From Fimicolochytrium jonesii (Eukaryota): a stretch of DNA of 64,000 nt. The translations under genes and the position numbers were made by a program. Within the stretch, counting starts at the first letter, position 1. The number at the start of each line of letters is the position of its first letter. Below the pieces are notes generated by a model that saw only the letters and a list, made by a program, of their open reading frames with translations, was not told the origin of the DNA and did no database searches. The stretch lies in assembly GCF_025526975.1 (NCBI RefSeq), contig NW_026515699.1:248001-312000 (forward strand). Reading direction: 5' to 3'. Positions 22,860-33,804 of the stretch are shown piece by piece.

Positions 22860-23573
22860 GCTGTGCAAAGCGGTAGAGCTTAGTCGGGCCTGGAGAGAGG
22901 GATGAAGAAAAGAGGTATTGAGAACACGATGCATGCGACCGAGAAATGCGTGGGGTTGTGCCATCTCACGGAACACCGGACGGGAAACGTTCGCAACCCT
23001 ACACGTCGGAGCCGACCCCAACATTCCCCGCCCCGTGTTCCGGCAACATCTGCAGCATACCCCCCACCCGCGCCTACGACACCGCCCTCCATCCCCCAGC
23101 TGCGACGATCAGTCCGTTCCCCTGACACAACTTTTTGGTGGCGGGCCCTTCACCCCCGCAAGATATAGACAGGTGTACGTAACATATAGACTGGTGCGAG
23201 TCCGATGGTGGACTATAAACCCACGCATGTATGAGATGTGGGATCCGACACCGGAACCTTGCGTTAGGTGTGTCATGTCTATGCCACGATATACGTGTAT
23301 GGAACAAACAAACAATCCACCAACAGTGCTGTTATATGCGCTTGCAGGCCCGACTCCTTTGTTCTCTGATACATAATCCAACGGTGTCCTGATTGGAACC
23401 CCCCCACTCTTTTGCTCATGTATTGACCCTCACAGCGGGGGCCACTCACGGGCACGGTGGGCATATTTTCACTGCCTGTACACTGTACACCGTACATTAC
23501 GAACGCAGTGGTCCTTCCTCGCCTTCCTCCCGCCCGTCTGCCTTCGTTTCCCCAGCCGCTCACACCCCCGCTT

Positions 23574-25739
23574 TCACGCAGTAAACTGCACAACCTGCCC
23601 CGTCGGCAACCTCGCCGTAACCCCGGGCGTCTGCGCATACGCCCCGCTCAACCTCTGCGTCCTCTGCCCGACCCCTTGTCCCCCCACCCCTCCCCCACCC
23701 ACCCCCCCATAACCACTGCCCCTCCTGCCCACAACCCCGACCCCCAAACCCCCACCCGTGACCCCCACCCCAGTCCCCGCGCCCCCCGGGAACGCCCCCC
23801 TCCCGACCAGATTCGACGCAAACATACACGGCCGCGACCCGGGCAACGTGCCCCTGAAATGCGGCTCGTAGGTTTTGTGGAGATGGGGTATCATTTGTGC
23901 GAGTTGCGTCTGCGGGGCGGGGAGGAGGGTGGATGGGGTGGTGGAGTGGAGGAGGGTGTGGAGGTTGCGGATCAGATTCGATGCTGGGGACACCAAATAA
24001 ACAAAAAGGGTAAGTTTTGTGAGTCGAGGATGGGGGCGGGGGACGGGATTCTTCGTGAACGTACCAGCAGCCAGTTCATCCCCACCAATCTCCCCCGGCG
24101 CGCCGTCCTCGAACCGTTCGTACTGGAACGCCTCCAAACGCTCAAACAGGGCCGCGTTCTCATCCAGCAGGCGTTGAATGTGGGCCGGGGTGGTGGTTGT
24201 CGCTGCTACTCCCGTTGCCGTGGTGCTGTTGGTGGGGTGGGGTCCGATGAGGTCGGTTAGGTCGGTTAGCAGGTGTGTGAGGTTTTCCACGGTGGCAGGA
24301 GAGGCGTCGTCGTCCCCGAGATCCATGTCGGGCGCGTCGGTGCCCGTGTACACCCTCACTCTCACTGGGGTATCACCGCTCATTTCCCCGTCGTCCGCTT
24401 TCGATTCCGGCTCCAATACAATAACCTCCGCCGCCTCCCCCCGTCGCATCAACACCGACTCCTGCGGCGAAAGCGTTGCATTACTCGACGAAAACGCCGG
24501 CGCGAACGAGTAGAACGGTCCATAGTCGTGGAATCTAACGGGGACGGGTGCGTTGGGTTTTCGTTTCTTCCGCTGCTGTTGGTGTGGTTGTTCGTCGATG
24601 TATTCGGGGAGAGTGGCGCGGAAGGTGGCGGGTGAGCCGTGGCTGTGCGTGTAGGTCGGGACGAGGGTGACTTTGAGGACGTCGTCGGCTGTGCGGGTGG
24701 GGGAGTTCACACGTGGAGGTTAGGAGGGGGATCGGACAGGGATTGGGTGGGGGGGTTTTTGTCACGTACGTATGGGGACTTCGTCTAGGGCTTTTGCTTG
24801 GGCCGTGGAGAAGAAGTAGGTTCCATCGACGCCCGGTTGAGCTAGAGCAATCTTTTGGGTTCGTAATGACCGCTCTTTGAGTCGCTGTTGAGGGAGGTTG
24901 GGGAAGATAAGATTGAATGTTGGATGATTGAACGATACAACCCACTTTGCCTAGAAACCACGACCGTTTGCTGTCGCTCACGCGAATTGCGCCTGCGGCG
25001 ACGCTCGCTTCGCTCGCGCAGGCGTTCGCTCTAGTCGTCCTCGCTTCGATCGTTGCCGCTCGAACAAACCAAGGCTCGCCTGCCGCTCGCTAAACTCACC
25101 ATCTCAGGATACAAAGGCTCACCCACCGCCACCTCCCTCGGCACCCCCCCATAAAGCCCATTGATCAACCTCGTCCCAAACCCATGCAGCCTCCTCGCGA
25201 GCAAAAACACCTCATCAGTCGGCGGATGGAACAGCATGGCGTTCTTCATAACCAGATCAAAGTCGTCCTGGAACTGCGAGAGGGCGGTGTAAATTCTTCG
25301 GGCTAATTTTTGCTGCATGGAGGCAAAGTCCATGGGTTGTTTGATCAGGGCGAGATAGGAGGCATTGGCGGTGAGGGAGATGGGGCGGGCGAAGTAGCCT
25401 TCTTCGTCTTCGCTGCGGGATTGGGTAAGTGTTGGAGGTTGAGGGATGCGAGCACGTTAGAGGCGGGGACGTGATCAGAGGCGCCGTACCTCGACAAGAC
25501 GACCAGTAACTTTTCCAAGGTCTCGTATAGCTTCTCCAAGGACTCCTCCGATGGGCTTACTTTATGTACTGTGAGTTGGCGAAGGCAAGATCGTACGAAG
25601 GAAAGGGATGGGGGGTGAGTGTTAAGACTTTGGTTCGGGGCACAGTGGTCGAGAAGGTTTGGACTAACAAAAGCTCACAATGTGCAGTTATAGGGGCGCT
25701 GGGAAGAACCCCAGCAGCAGGAGCGTGCTGTGCGGTCAT
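23574..25739 (-). CDS. BRD7/BRD9-like bromodomain protein, multi-exon
   Basis: Bromodomain PMDFASMQQKL..FQDDFDLVMKNAMLFH; BRD7/9-like motif DYGPFYSFAPAFSSSNATLS. Confidence 0.75.
24918..25095 (-). repeat. Intronic GCGAAGC-rich element, copy B, in intron 24885-25099
   Basis: gttcgagcggcaacga..gaggacgactagagcgaacgc and tatcgttcaatcatccaac match copy C (gttcgagcgtcaacgaggacgaccggagcgaacgc; tatcgttcgaccatccaac). Confidence 0.75.
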
Positions 25740-26504
25740 TTTGCCTATGTGGTCCTGGTAGGTAGGTTGCTTTGCGCTGAGGATGTCGCAGTCTGAGTCT
25801 TCTTTCGCGGGAGGGGGAATTCTTGCAACGTCGCGCGTTTCTTTGAAGAGAAGAGAAGATATCGGGCATCTTCCTGCATAAACGGCGAGGCAGCTACAGA
25901 CCTACATACTGTACATGTGCCTGGGTCCATACATATTGTCTTGCAGCCAAATGTTAGGGGCCGAACAAGACCCTGATGATTGTATTGAGAGGAGCTAAAT
26001 GTCACTCATATGGAGTCCGAGGAAGCATGTAGGTGCGGCACTAGATGTGCCTCGGGCCCGTTGTGCGCCTGGATCAATAATGGAAACGGGTTTGTCCAAG
26101 CCGCGGTGCTGCTGCTGAGGGGAGTTTCCTCGGCTGTTCGGTTCGTTGTTACAATACGGCGTGGCGTGTGAATTTGAAGAGACGCGCGATTGATTGTCCA
26201 CGACGCGTGGGTCAAAAACTCCCACGTCGCCAACATGGGCGCCCCCCAACGCGTGCAGACGCCTTGCACATTTGCTACTTTCCACCCGTTTTTCGCTCTG
26301 GTTGGGGTCGCCGCCGCCAGCGTTGATGAACATGAACTCCGGAGAGGCTTCTTCCCCCGCTTGCGCCGGCCGTCGCCGTGTCCGAGCAAAGAAGGCGCTC
26401 TCGATACTGGTGGCATATATATAGGGCGATGAGGGCCGACGACCTTCCCTCGGCGAAAGAAACCACATCGCAAGGGAAGCAAGCAGTCGGAACCCCAAAA
26501 AAAA

Positions 26505-28438
26505 ATGCCCTCCAAACGCCCCACCCCCGCCTCCTTCCCCTCAAAGCTGAAACACCCTGCAAAACAAGCCCTCGCAAACGGGCCCCACCTCGAAACAGCC
26601 GCGACAGAGTCCGGCGAGCTCGTCACCCGCGTACGCCCCTCCTCCTCCTCCTCCTCCTCCTCAACACTCCAGGTTCCCAACCGCGGGGATGTCATTGTCG
26701 ACGCCCACACCTCAACCGCGAATGGCAAAAGCGAAGCAACACCCTGCGGCCGCATGCGCGCCAACTCATTCAAAGCGCGGCCGTCGTTGATGGATTGGGA
26801 GACGATGCAGTATACGCAGAACTCGTTTAGGGGCTTCTTTACGCTGTTTTGGATGACGATGGCGGCGTATATGGCGTTGAATCTGTTTAATCATTGGAAG
26901 AGCAAGGGGCAATTTATTGGCACCAGATTGTTTCGGGAGATGTTTTATGAGGTAGGTGGTAGGTGGGCGACAGGGAGCCCCAATGCTCAGGCGAAGGGAG
27001 GGTCTGGGAGCCATAGCGACCTTGGTGACTTTAATTCCTTCGCGAGCGAAGCGACAGGGTATTGTTTTGATCCCATCGCTTCAGCATATCTGATGATGAT
27101 CTACAATCACACACGCTCATCAACCACCACCACTCATGCTAATCCCATGTCTTCTCCCGCGTTCCCCACCAGAGCTCCGAATTCCTGCTCTCCGAACTCC
27201 TCCTAATCCTCAGCCTCTTCACCATCTTCCTCTGGCAAAAGCTCCTCACGCACCTCGCACCCCTCTTCCTCACGCACCGCCACCTCTCCCCGCGCGCGAT
27301 CTGCCTCACCTTCCAGCACACCTACCAGCTCACCTGGTTCCTCACCTGCATCCTGTGGGCCATGCGGGCGCCGTGGAGCTGGCCGCAGACAGGCATGTTC
27401 ACGTTGCACGCGATGGCGATGCTGATGAAACAGCATTCCTACCTCGCCTACAACCGGGAGATGCTCGGCAAATGGGTGCAAGTCCAGCGCCGCACGATCC
27501 GGATGGACGAGCTCGCCGCGCGGATGAAAACGCTCGACGACACCACCGACGCCGCGGAACTCACCGTCTGCAACATCGAGTGGGAAACATGCAAACGACA
27601 GGCCACTGAGCTGCAAATCGAGCTGAGAAAGGGAACCACCGCCTTCCCCGAGAACGTCACCCTGCCCAATTTCATCGACTACCTCCTCGTCCCCACCCTC
27701 GTGTACGAGCTGGAGTACCCGCGCACGGACCGCATCCGCATCGCCTACTTGCTCGAGAAGACGGCCGGGTTCCTGGGCATCGCCGTGTGCCTGTACATCG
27801 TCATCGAGCACTTGATCTACCCTGTCTTGGCCAATCTGAGAAACCTCTCGTTTGCGGAGAGCATCACACAGCTGCTGATCCCGTTCATGGTGTGCTACAT
27901 GATGATCTTCTACATCATCTTTGAGGTACGGGTCGGTTCGCTGCCCCTCCCCGGGGTTCACCGTGTCCCCCCTAACCTGACGCACCCGTAATGTGATTCT
28001 CATCTCTCATTGTAGTGCATCTGCCCCTGGTTCGCGGAACTCACCCGCTTCGCGGACCGGCATTTCTACTCGGACTGGTGGAACTCGCTCACATTCGACG
28101 ACTACGCGCGCAAATGGAACAAGCCGGTGCACGAATTCCTCCTCCGCCACGTGTACCTCGAGTCCATCGCCACCTACAAGCTGTCCCGCCGCTCTGCGAC
28201 CTTCCTCACGTTTTTCCTGTCCTCGTGCCTGCATGAGCTGCTGATGATCGTGCTGAGTGGGAGGGTGAGATGCTATTTGTTTGGGATGCAGATGATGCAG
28301 ATCCCGTTGGTGGTGGTGTCGCGGTGGGCCGGGTTTAGGAGGTGGCCGAGGGCCGGGAATGCGTTCTTTTGGGGGGCGATGTACTTGGGCCCGCCGTTGT
28401 TGGGGATTGCTTATTGTAGGGAGATGTTGGCGCGTTAA
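26505..28438 (+). CDS. Sterol O-acyltransferase (ACAT/Are1-Are2), MBOAT family, 3 exons
   Basis: FKARPSLMD, PTLVYELEYPRT, FYSDWWN, WNKPVHEFLLRHVY, SSCLHE. Confidence 0.92.
27030..27080 (+). repeat. Intronic GCGAAGC-family element, copy D (degenerate), in intron 26952-27172
   Basis: ttcgcgagcgaagcgacagggtattgttttgatcccatc resembles the 3' module of copies A and C. Confidence 0.5.
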
Positions 28439-28723
28439 AACTAGATCTAGAGAGAGGGACTTCTGGGGACCTTTTTTTTTTCACTTCGGACGCCGCACGA
28501 AAATGACTACTGTTTTGGCAATCGCCTCTTTATTTACATATCACCACCGCCTAAATGCCAATTCCGATGTGGACGATTATCTATCCTACCCCAGATACCC
28601 CGTCGTCATTCGTTCCAGTGATCTACGCCCAAACAACCTGCTCCTCCAGCAGCGTAACGTCCACCCTATTCCAAGTCTTCACCCCCACAAACTCCCCATC
28701 TCCGTAAACTCCCGCGTCCGCCC

Positions 28724-30072
28724 TTACTGATTCCTCGCAACCAACTTCCCAATCAACTCGCTCTGAATCGCCGCCTGCCTTCTCGCATCGCCCAACGGGT
28801 TAACGCTCCTCAGATCGTTGGTGATATCCTTTGTCTTTCCGAAATAAATCACTTGTAAAGCGTTGCGCAGTTTCAGTTCCATGTCTTCGACGATCCGCCC
28901 GAGGTTGCCGACGTGCGAGCCGAAATCTTCGAGGGGGTTGTCGAATTCGGCCTAAAAATGAAAGACAGAATGGGGTTGGTGGGGAACGGGGTGTTCAGGG
29001 GGAAGAGTGGGATGGGAGGGAGGTTTTGTTTCCATACCTGACGGGTGAGACTCCCCGAGAGGTTGACGTTGCCGAGCTTGGCGCCCCCGGTCTCCATGTA
29101 GAGCATGACGGTGGAAGTGAGTTTGTAGTGTGCTGCGCGGGAGGATCGTTCGGCGACTTCGATGACGTGGATGGAGTCCCAGGACCCTTTTTGGGCTGGG
29201 TCGCTTTCGCTTACTGTGTGTGCGGAAAGACGGGGTATTGGAGGCAGATCAGCTTGAGGCATTGGGATTCCGCAGTGAGGGAGGATGTCCCAGTGCCAAA
29301 CCGCTGATGCAAACGTACCGTTCTTTATCAACACAACCGCCGCAAACCCTTCGTCAAGGTCCCACATGTAGACGGAAGAGACTCCCCCATCAAAGTACCT
29401 ATATATCCAATCAAACGCATGAGAAGAACCCCTCGCATTTCACCCCAACAATGTCCATCCAATGACGAATCGGGAAAGGACTGAATCGACAGCCCCCAAA
29501 CTCACAGTTCACGGTAAGTGTTGAAAGCGTCGTTGGTCGCAACTTCGAGCTTCCGCAGCTTGGCGGATGGCTGGGCCCCATCTGCGAGTGGGGGCTCGTA
29601 GGCATTCGACCACGGTGACCTGGAGTGAGAGGGAGTATAACGGAGAAGTTAGCCTATGCTTCAGTGAGCTGGTCCAAGATGTCGAACGAGTTCGACACCT
29701 GTCCATCCTTTTCACTCAATCCTCCCCTCATTCTCCCACGACCACCATCCCTCCCCCCACCCTACCTATAAGAATCCCCATCCCGATTATAATCACACAA
29801 CAAATAATCTTTCCCCGTCGCCTTGCATCGCCTCGGCTTGAGCGGCTGGTCGACGGCGGAGAGCAGATCCTCGGTCAGATGCGGGACGAGCTCGACCAGG
29901 TTCGCAAGGTTCTCTTCTACTTTTTGCGGGGGGAGGCGCCGCATCAGGTCCAGGGCGCAGTCTACTGGGTCCGCCTGTGAGTGGGGAGGGGGAATGGGTC
30001 AGGGGTGTGATCGGATGGGCCATCGGGTTTGGGGGGAGGGCTACGCGTAGGGGAGGGGGCGAGACTTGCCAT
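28724..30072 (-). CDS. CAP2: F-actin capping protein beta subunit, multi-exon; first exon codes only the ATG
   Basis: [54 protein letters not shown]. Confidence 0.96.
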
Positions 30073-30441
30073 TTTTAAATCGGTGGTTGGGGGAGTGGAG
30101 CGGATAGGTAGGAGGCAGCGGTGTGGTAGGAGAAGGCAGGCTCTCTGTGGGCTGACGGGTATGGCAAAGTTATGTGCACGAAGGAAGACGCCGACAAGAT
30201 GTGAACTTGAAGGACATGCGGCCAGTCTTCAGGTTCACCAGCTGTTTGGCAAGTCGACGAGTCCCCGCGCGTTTTCGTCTTCTGTTGGCCGCACGTCCTT
30301 CTCCTCTTTCTCTCATTCTTCTGCGACAACAGTTCGCGAGACAGTAGGCAAGAGGTGTCAGACCCGTAATAATGACTCTCACTCCACTCTGCCACCAAAG
30401 AGCGGCCTCGAGCCCCTCTACAGATCTATGCTTCTAAGCCG

Positions 30442-30900
30442 TCAAAACCGTCCCAGACTACGTATATGAGCTACCAGGTTCTGGTTTACGAAGTTGAACC
30501 CCTCGGGCATAACGGGCCACCTAGTTAGACCGGGCTCCAGAGGCTTAGGATATTTGCATAAGGTCACATCCCAGTTGGCCATTTTTCCCATGGAACAAAC
30601 GATGCCGTCGTCGTGATACTTCCGGTTGACGCTGCTGGTGCCGCCGCCACTGGAACGTCCGCGAAACCTTCCAGTTTTAAAAGTGACAGAATTCAAGTAG
30701 CTTATAATACCTACAGCTACAAGTTCTGAGGCAAGGAAACCTTGCTCGCATAGGTTCCAAGTTCGCTATAGGAAGCGAATCGATGATACCTCTGTCAGCA
30801 CCGGCTTCAATCTGTCAAACTCGCCGCTGTCATTGTTGAGTACCACCTTGTTCAATTTGGGCAGCTTGCCTATGTGCGCGTAGTTTCATATTCTCAAATC
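30442..30900 (-). pseudogene. Decayed ORF fragment between CAP2 and NUG1
   Basis: Protein-like frame (..KLPKLNKVVLNNDSGEFDRLKPVL..) with an internal stop; family not identified. Confidence 0.25.
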
Positions 30901-31279
30901 ATGACTGCTTTAACATATCAAGCTTCATTAGGTTCAGGCAGTAATCCCAGAAAAGGGTGTCCAAAACCGTCCACTTTTCGGGCTGGACGGCGGCGAGTTC
31001 GTCGTTGACGAGAACCTGGACGAGAACGGTGAGGATTCGCAGCCATAGCCGGGGCGTCCGAACAACAGATCACGTGGGAGCACATGACTAGCCCGCGAAT
31101 TGGGCTTTTCTGCTTTCTCCCCTTTTGCTTTCGCAGTGTCTTGCACTTTTTTCGCACTCAACGTTCAGCGTTAATCACCAAGGAAGCTGTATCCGAGCTT
31201 CTTTTTTTTTTTGGCTTGAACTGTATCGGGGAGTGTCGCATCGTACCTGTCCCGCAGTTTCTTCTGAGCGCCCGCAATT

Positions 31280-33450
31280 ATGGTTCCCAAGAAGGCAAGG
31301 AGTAAGCGAATTTCTGCGAGCAGGCGGTACAAGACCGTGAAGGCGGTCGCCGAGCACCATCGCAAGCAGAGGAAGGAAGCCAAGAAGCACCCAAAAACAA
31401 AGAGGGCAAAGAAGGACCCGGGAATCCCCAACTTGTTCCCCGGCAAGGACACCCTTCTGCAGGAGGCCGAGGCCAAGAAGAAGCGAGTAGCGGAGGAGAG
31501 GGAACGCCAGAGGGCTGAGCGTCGCAAGCTGCAGGAAAAGAACAGAGGCTTGGGAGATTTCACGGAGGAGTCTGCCACGTCCGCGAAGGATGCTGCCCAG
31601 CTTGCGGAGCTGTTCGACCTCACCCGGTCGATTCATAGTGAGGGGTTCTCGCTGGGCTCGACTTTGGACGCTGTTCTTGGCAAGACCGATAGCAAAGCGT
31701 TCTACACCGACTTTAAGAACGTTGTAGCGGATGCGGACATCATTTTTGAGGTGTTGGATGCTAGGGACCCTATGGGATGCCGGATACGTCAGATTGAGGA
31801 GATGGTGCTGGCGGCTGGGGCGAAAAAGCGTCTCGTCCTCCTCTTGAACAAGATCGGTAAGCCTTTTCGATGCGACCGGCGCATATGTGCATCTCTGCCA
31901 AGTGCTCACCTCCTTCCCACTCTTCGTCTACAGACCTGGTACCGAGAGAAATCGTCGAGCAATGGTTGGTCCGCTTACGGAAAGACTTCCCAACAATCGC
32001 ATTCACCACAGCGGCTCAGGAGGGAGCGTCAATATCCATGAACGCATCCCCAGACCGGGCAACCACCTTCGCGCAAAGTCTGATCTCACTCGTGCAAAAT
32101 TTCCGCAAGAACTCAAAGAGCAAAAAGGGAGTCACTGTGGGAATTGTCGGATTTCCCAACGTCGGAAAGGCCAGCATCGTCAACCTTTTGAAGCGGTCGA
32201 AGGCGGAGGGTGTCAAGGTTTCTTCATCCAAGGGTGCGGACACGGTCCCATTAGCAGATGGCATCAACCTGCTCGAATACCCGGGCATCGTTTACAGCCA
32301 GAGCGTTGAGGAGGACGATGAGGCGGAAGTACTGCTCAGGAATTGCATGACGGTGGAGATGTTGGAAGACCCAATATCATTAGGTAAGACCCCCGGGCCT
32401 CTCTCACTGTTCAAATCTCTCAACCACAAAACCTAATCGACACACTTAATTCCGCAGTCGATGTGATCGTACGCCGCTCTAAACCAGAGCAACTGGTACG
32501 CCACTACAACGTGCCGATATTCGCAGATACCCAAGACTTCCTTGTCCAAGTCGCTCGCCAGAAATTGAAGCTGAGACGGGTAAGTTCTCTGTGGCCTGTG
32601 TCATATAAAATGGACCCGCCTTCCCCTTCCCCTACGGCCGTGATGAGAAAATGCAGAGTGATCTGCGGGGGTTTTCCGCAGCGCGTGATTTTCTCTTATT
32701 TAAGTCTCTGAGCCATCGCACATCGGAAGAACATCATCGTGAAAAAATCGAAAGTTTCTCTAACGAACCATCTCGGTCCCTGTCACTTAGGGAGGCGCAC
32801 CGGACCTACTCAACTCTGCTCGCGCCGTCCTGCAAGACTGGAACGCTGGTCGTATTCCATTCTACGCCGCCCCACCCAAATCCGACGACTCCACAACGCC
32901 TTCCTCCAGCAACGCCACCGCCGCGACGTTGAAGGAATGGACCCGCGAATTCGGCCTCACGGCCTTCCTCAAGACCGAAGACGCGCAGTTACAGGCTGAT
33001 CTTAAATCCAAAAGCCAGATTGCGACAAGGCTTTTGGTGCTGAAGCCGTCGAGTCCGCCGAAGGCGGTGGATATGGAGATGGATGAGGTTTCGGAGGATG
33101 AAGAGGGTGATGAGGAGGACGACGATGAGGAGGTTGATGAAGACGATGGAGACGAAGATGAGGAAGGCTCAGACTCCGACGAAGCCCCCCAACTCGTCGA
33201 AGACACCACCGAGGACTCACCCTCCCCACCCACCACCCCATCCCGCTACGAGCTCCGATCCCGCACCAAATCCTCCCCTGCAGCGTCTGCACAACCAACA
33301 CCCAGCAAGAAAGCCGCGACACCGAAACAAGAAAAGTCGCCCGCGGCGAAATCGGTAGCGTCGGCATCGAAGAAGAAGGGGAAGGGGAAGGGGGATGCGA
33401 TGGAGGTGGATGAGGCGTATGAGTTTAGCGAGCATTTTCCTGTTGCGTAG
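31280..33450 (+). CDS. NUG1: Nucleolar circularly permuted GTPase, NUG1/GNL3-like, 4 exons, degenerate G motifs, acidic C-terminal region
   Basis: N-terminal KKDPGIPNLFP, EVLDARDPMGCR, LNKID, GFPNVGKAS, GGAPD..LQDWNAGRIPFY. Confidence 0.85.
32636..32714 (+). ncRNA. Candidate intronic box C/D snoRNA in a NUG1 intron
   Basis: ggc..GTGATGA (box C), GTGA (D'), hairpin ctgcgg/ccgcag, GTGATT (C'), CTGA (box D), closing gcc; lies in an unusually long intron. Confidence 0.7.
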
Positions 33451-33804
33451 ATAGCGTAGCGTGTCGCTTTTTTTTCCTCCCACATCTCACTCGTTCAACG
33501 CACGCCATCGCATTCAAACATCCACCGCACACGCCCCCACCCTAGCAATCCACTGCACACGCCCACTCTAGCAAACACACTAGCATTACCGGTTTGCCAC
33601 TGTATCATAGCATCTTCCTTTTTCTCGTCTTAATTTATTAAACACTTCCATTGGGACCTTCACCGGTATGGTGACGACGATAATGGCTCTCATTACAAAA
33701 AAAAACCCTACGCCACTCGCAGCGATTGTTCTACCATCTGAACTATACGAAAACTCTCCAAAAAATGACCTTGACCCTCGCGTCCCTGATTCGCACTGAA
33801 AAAC

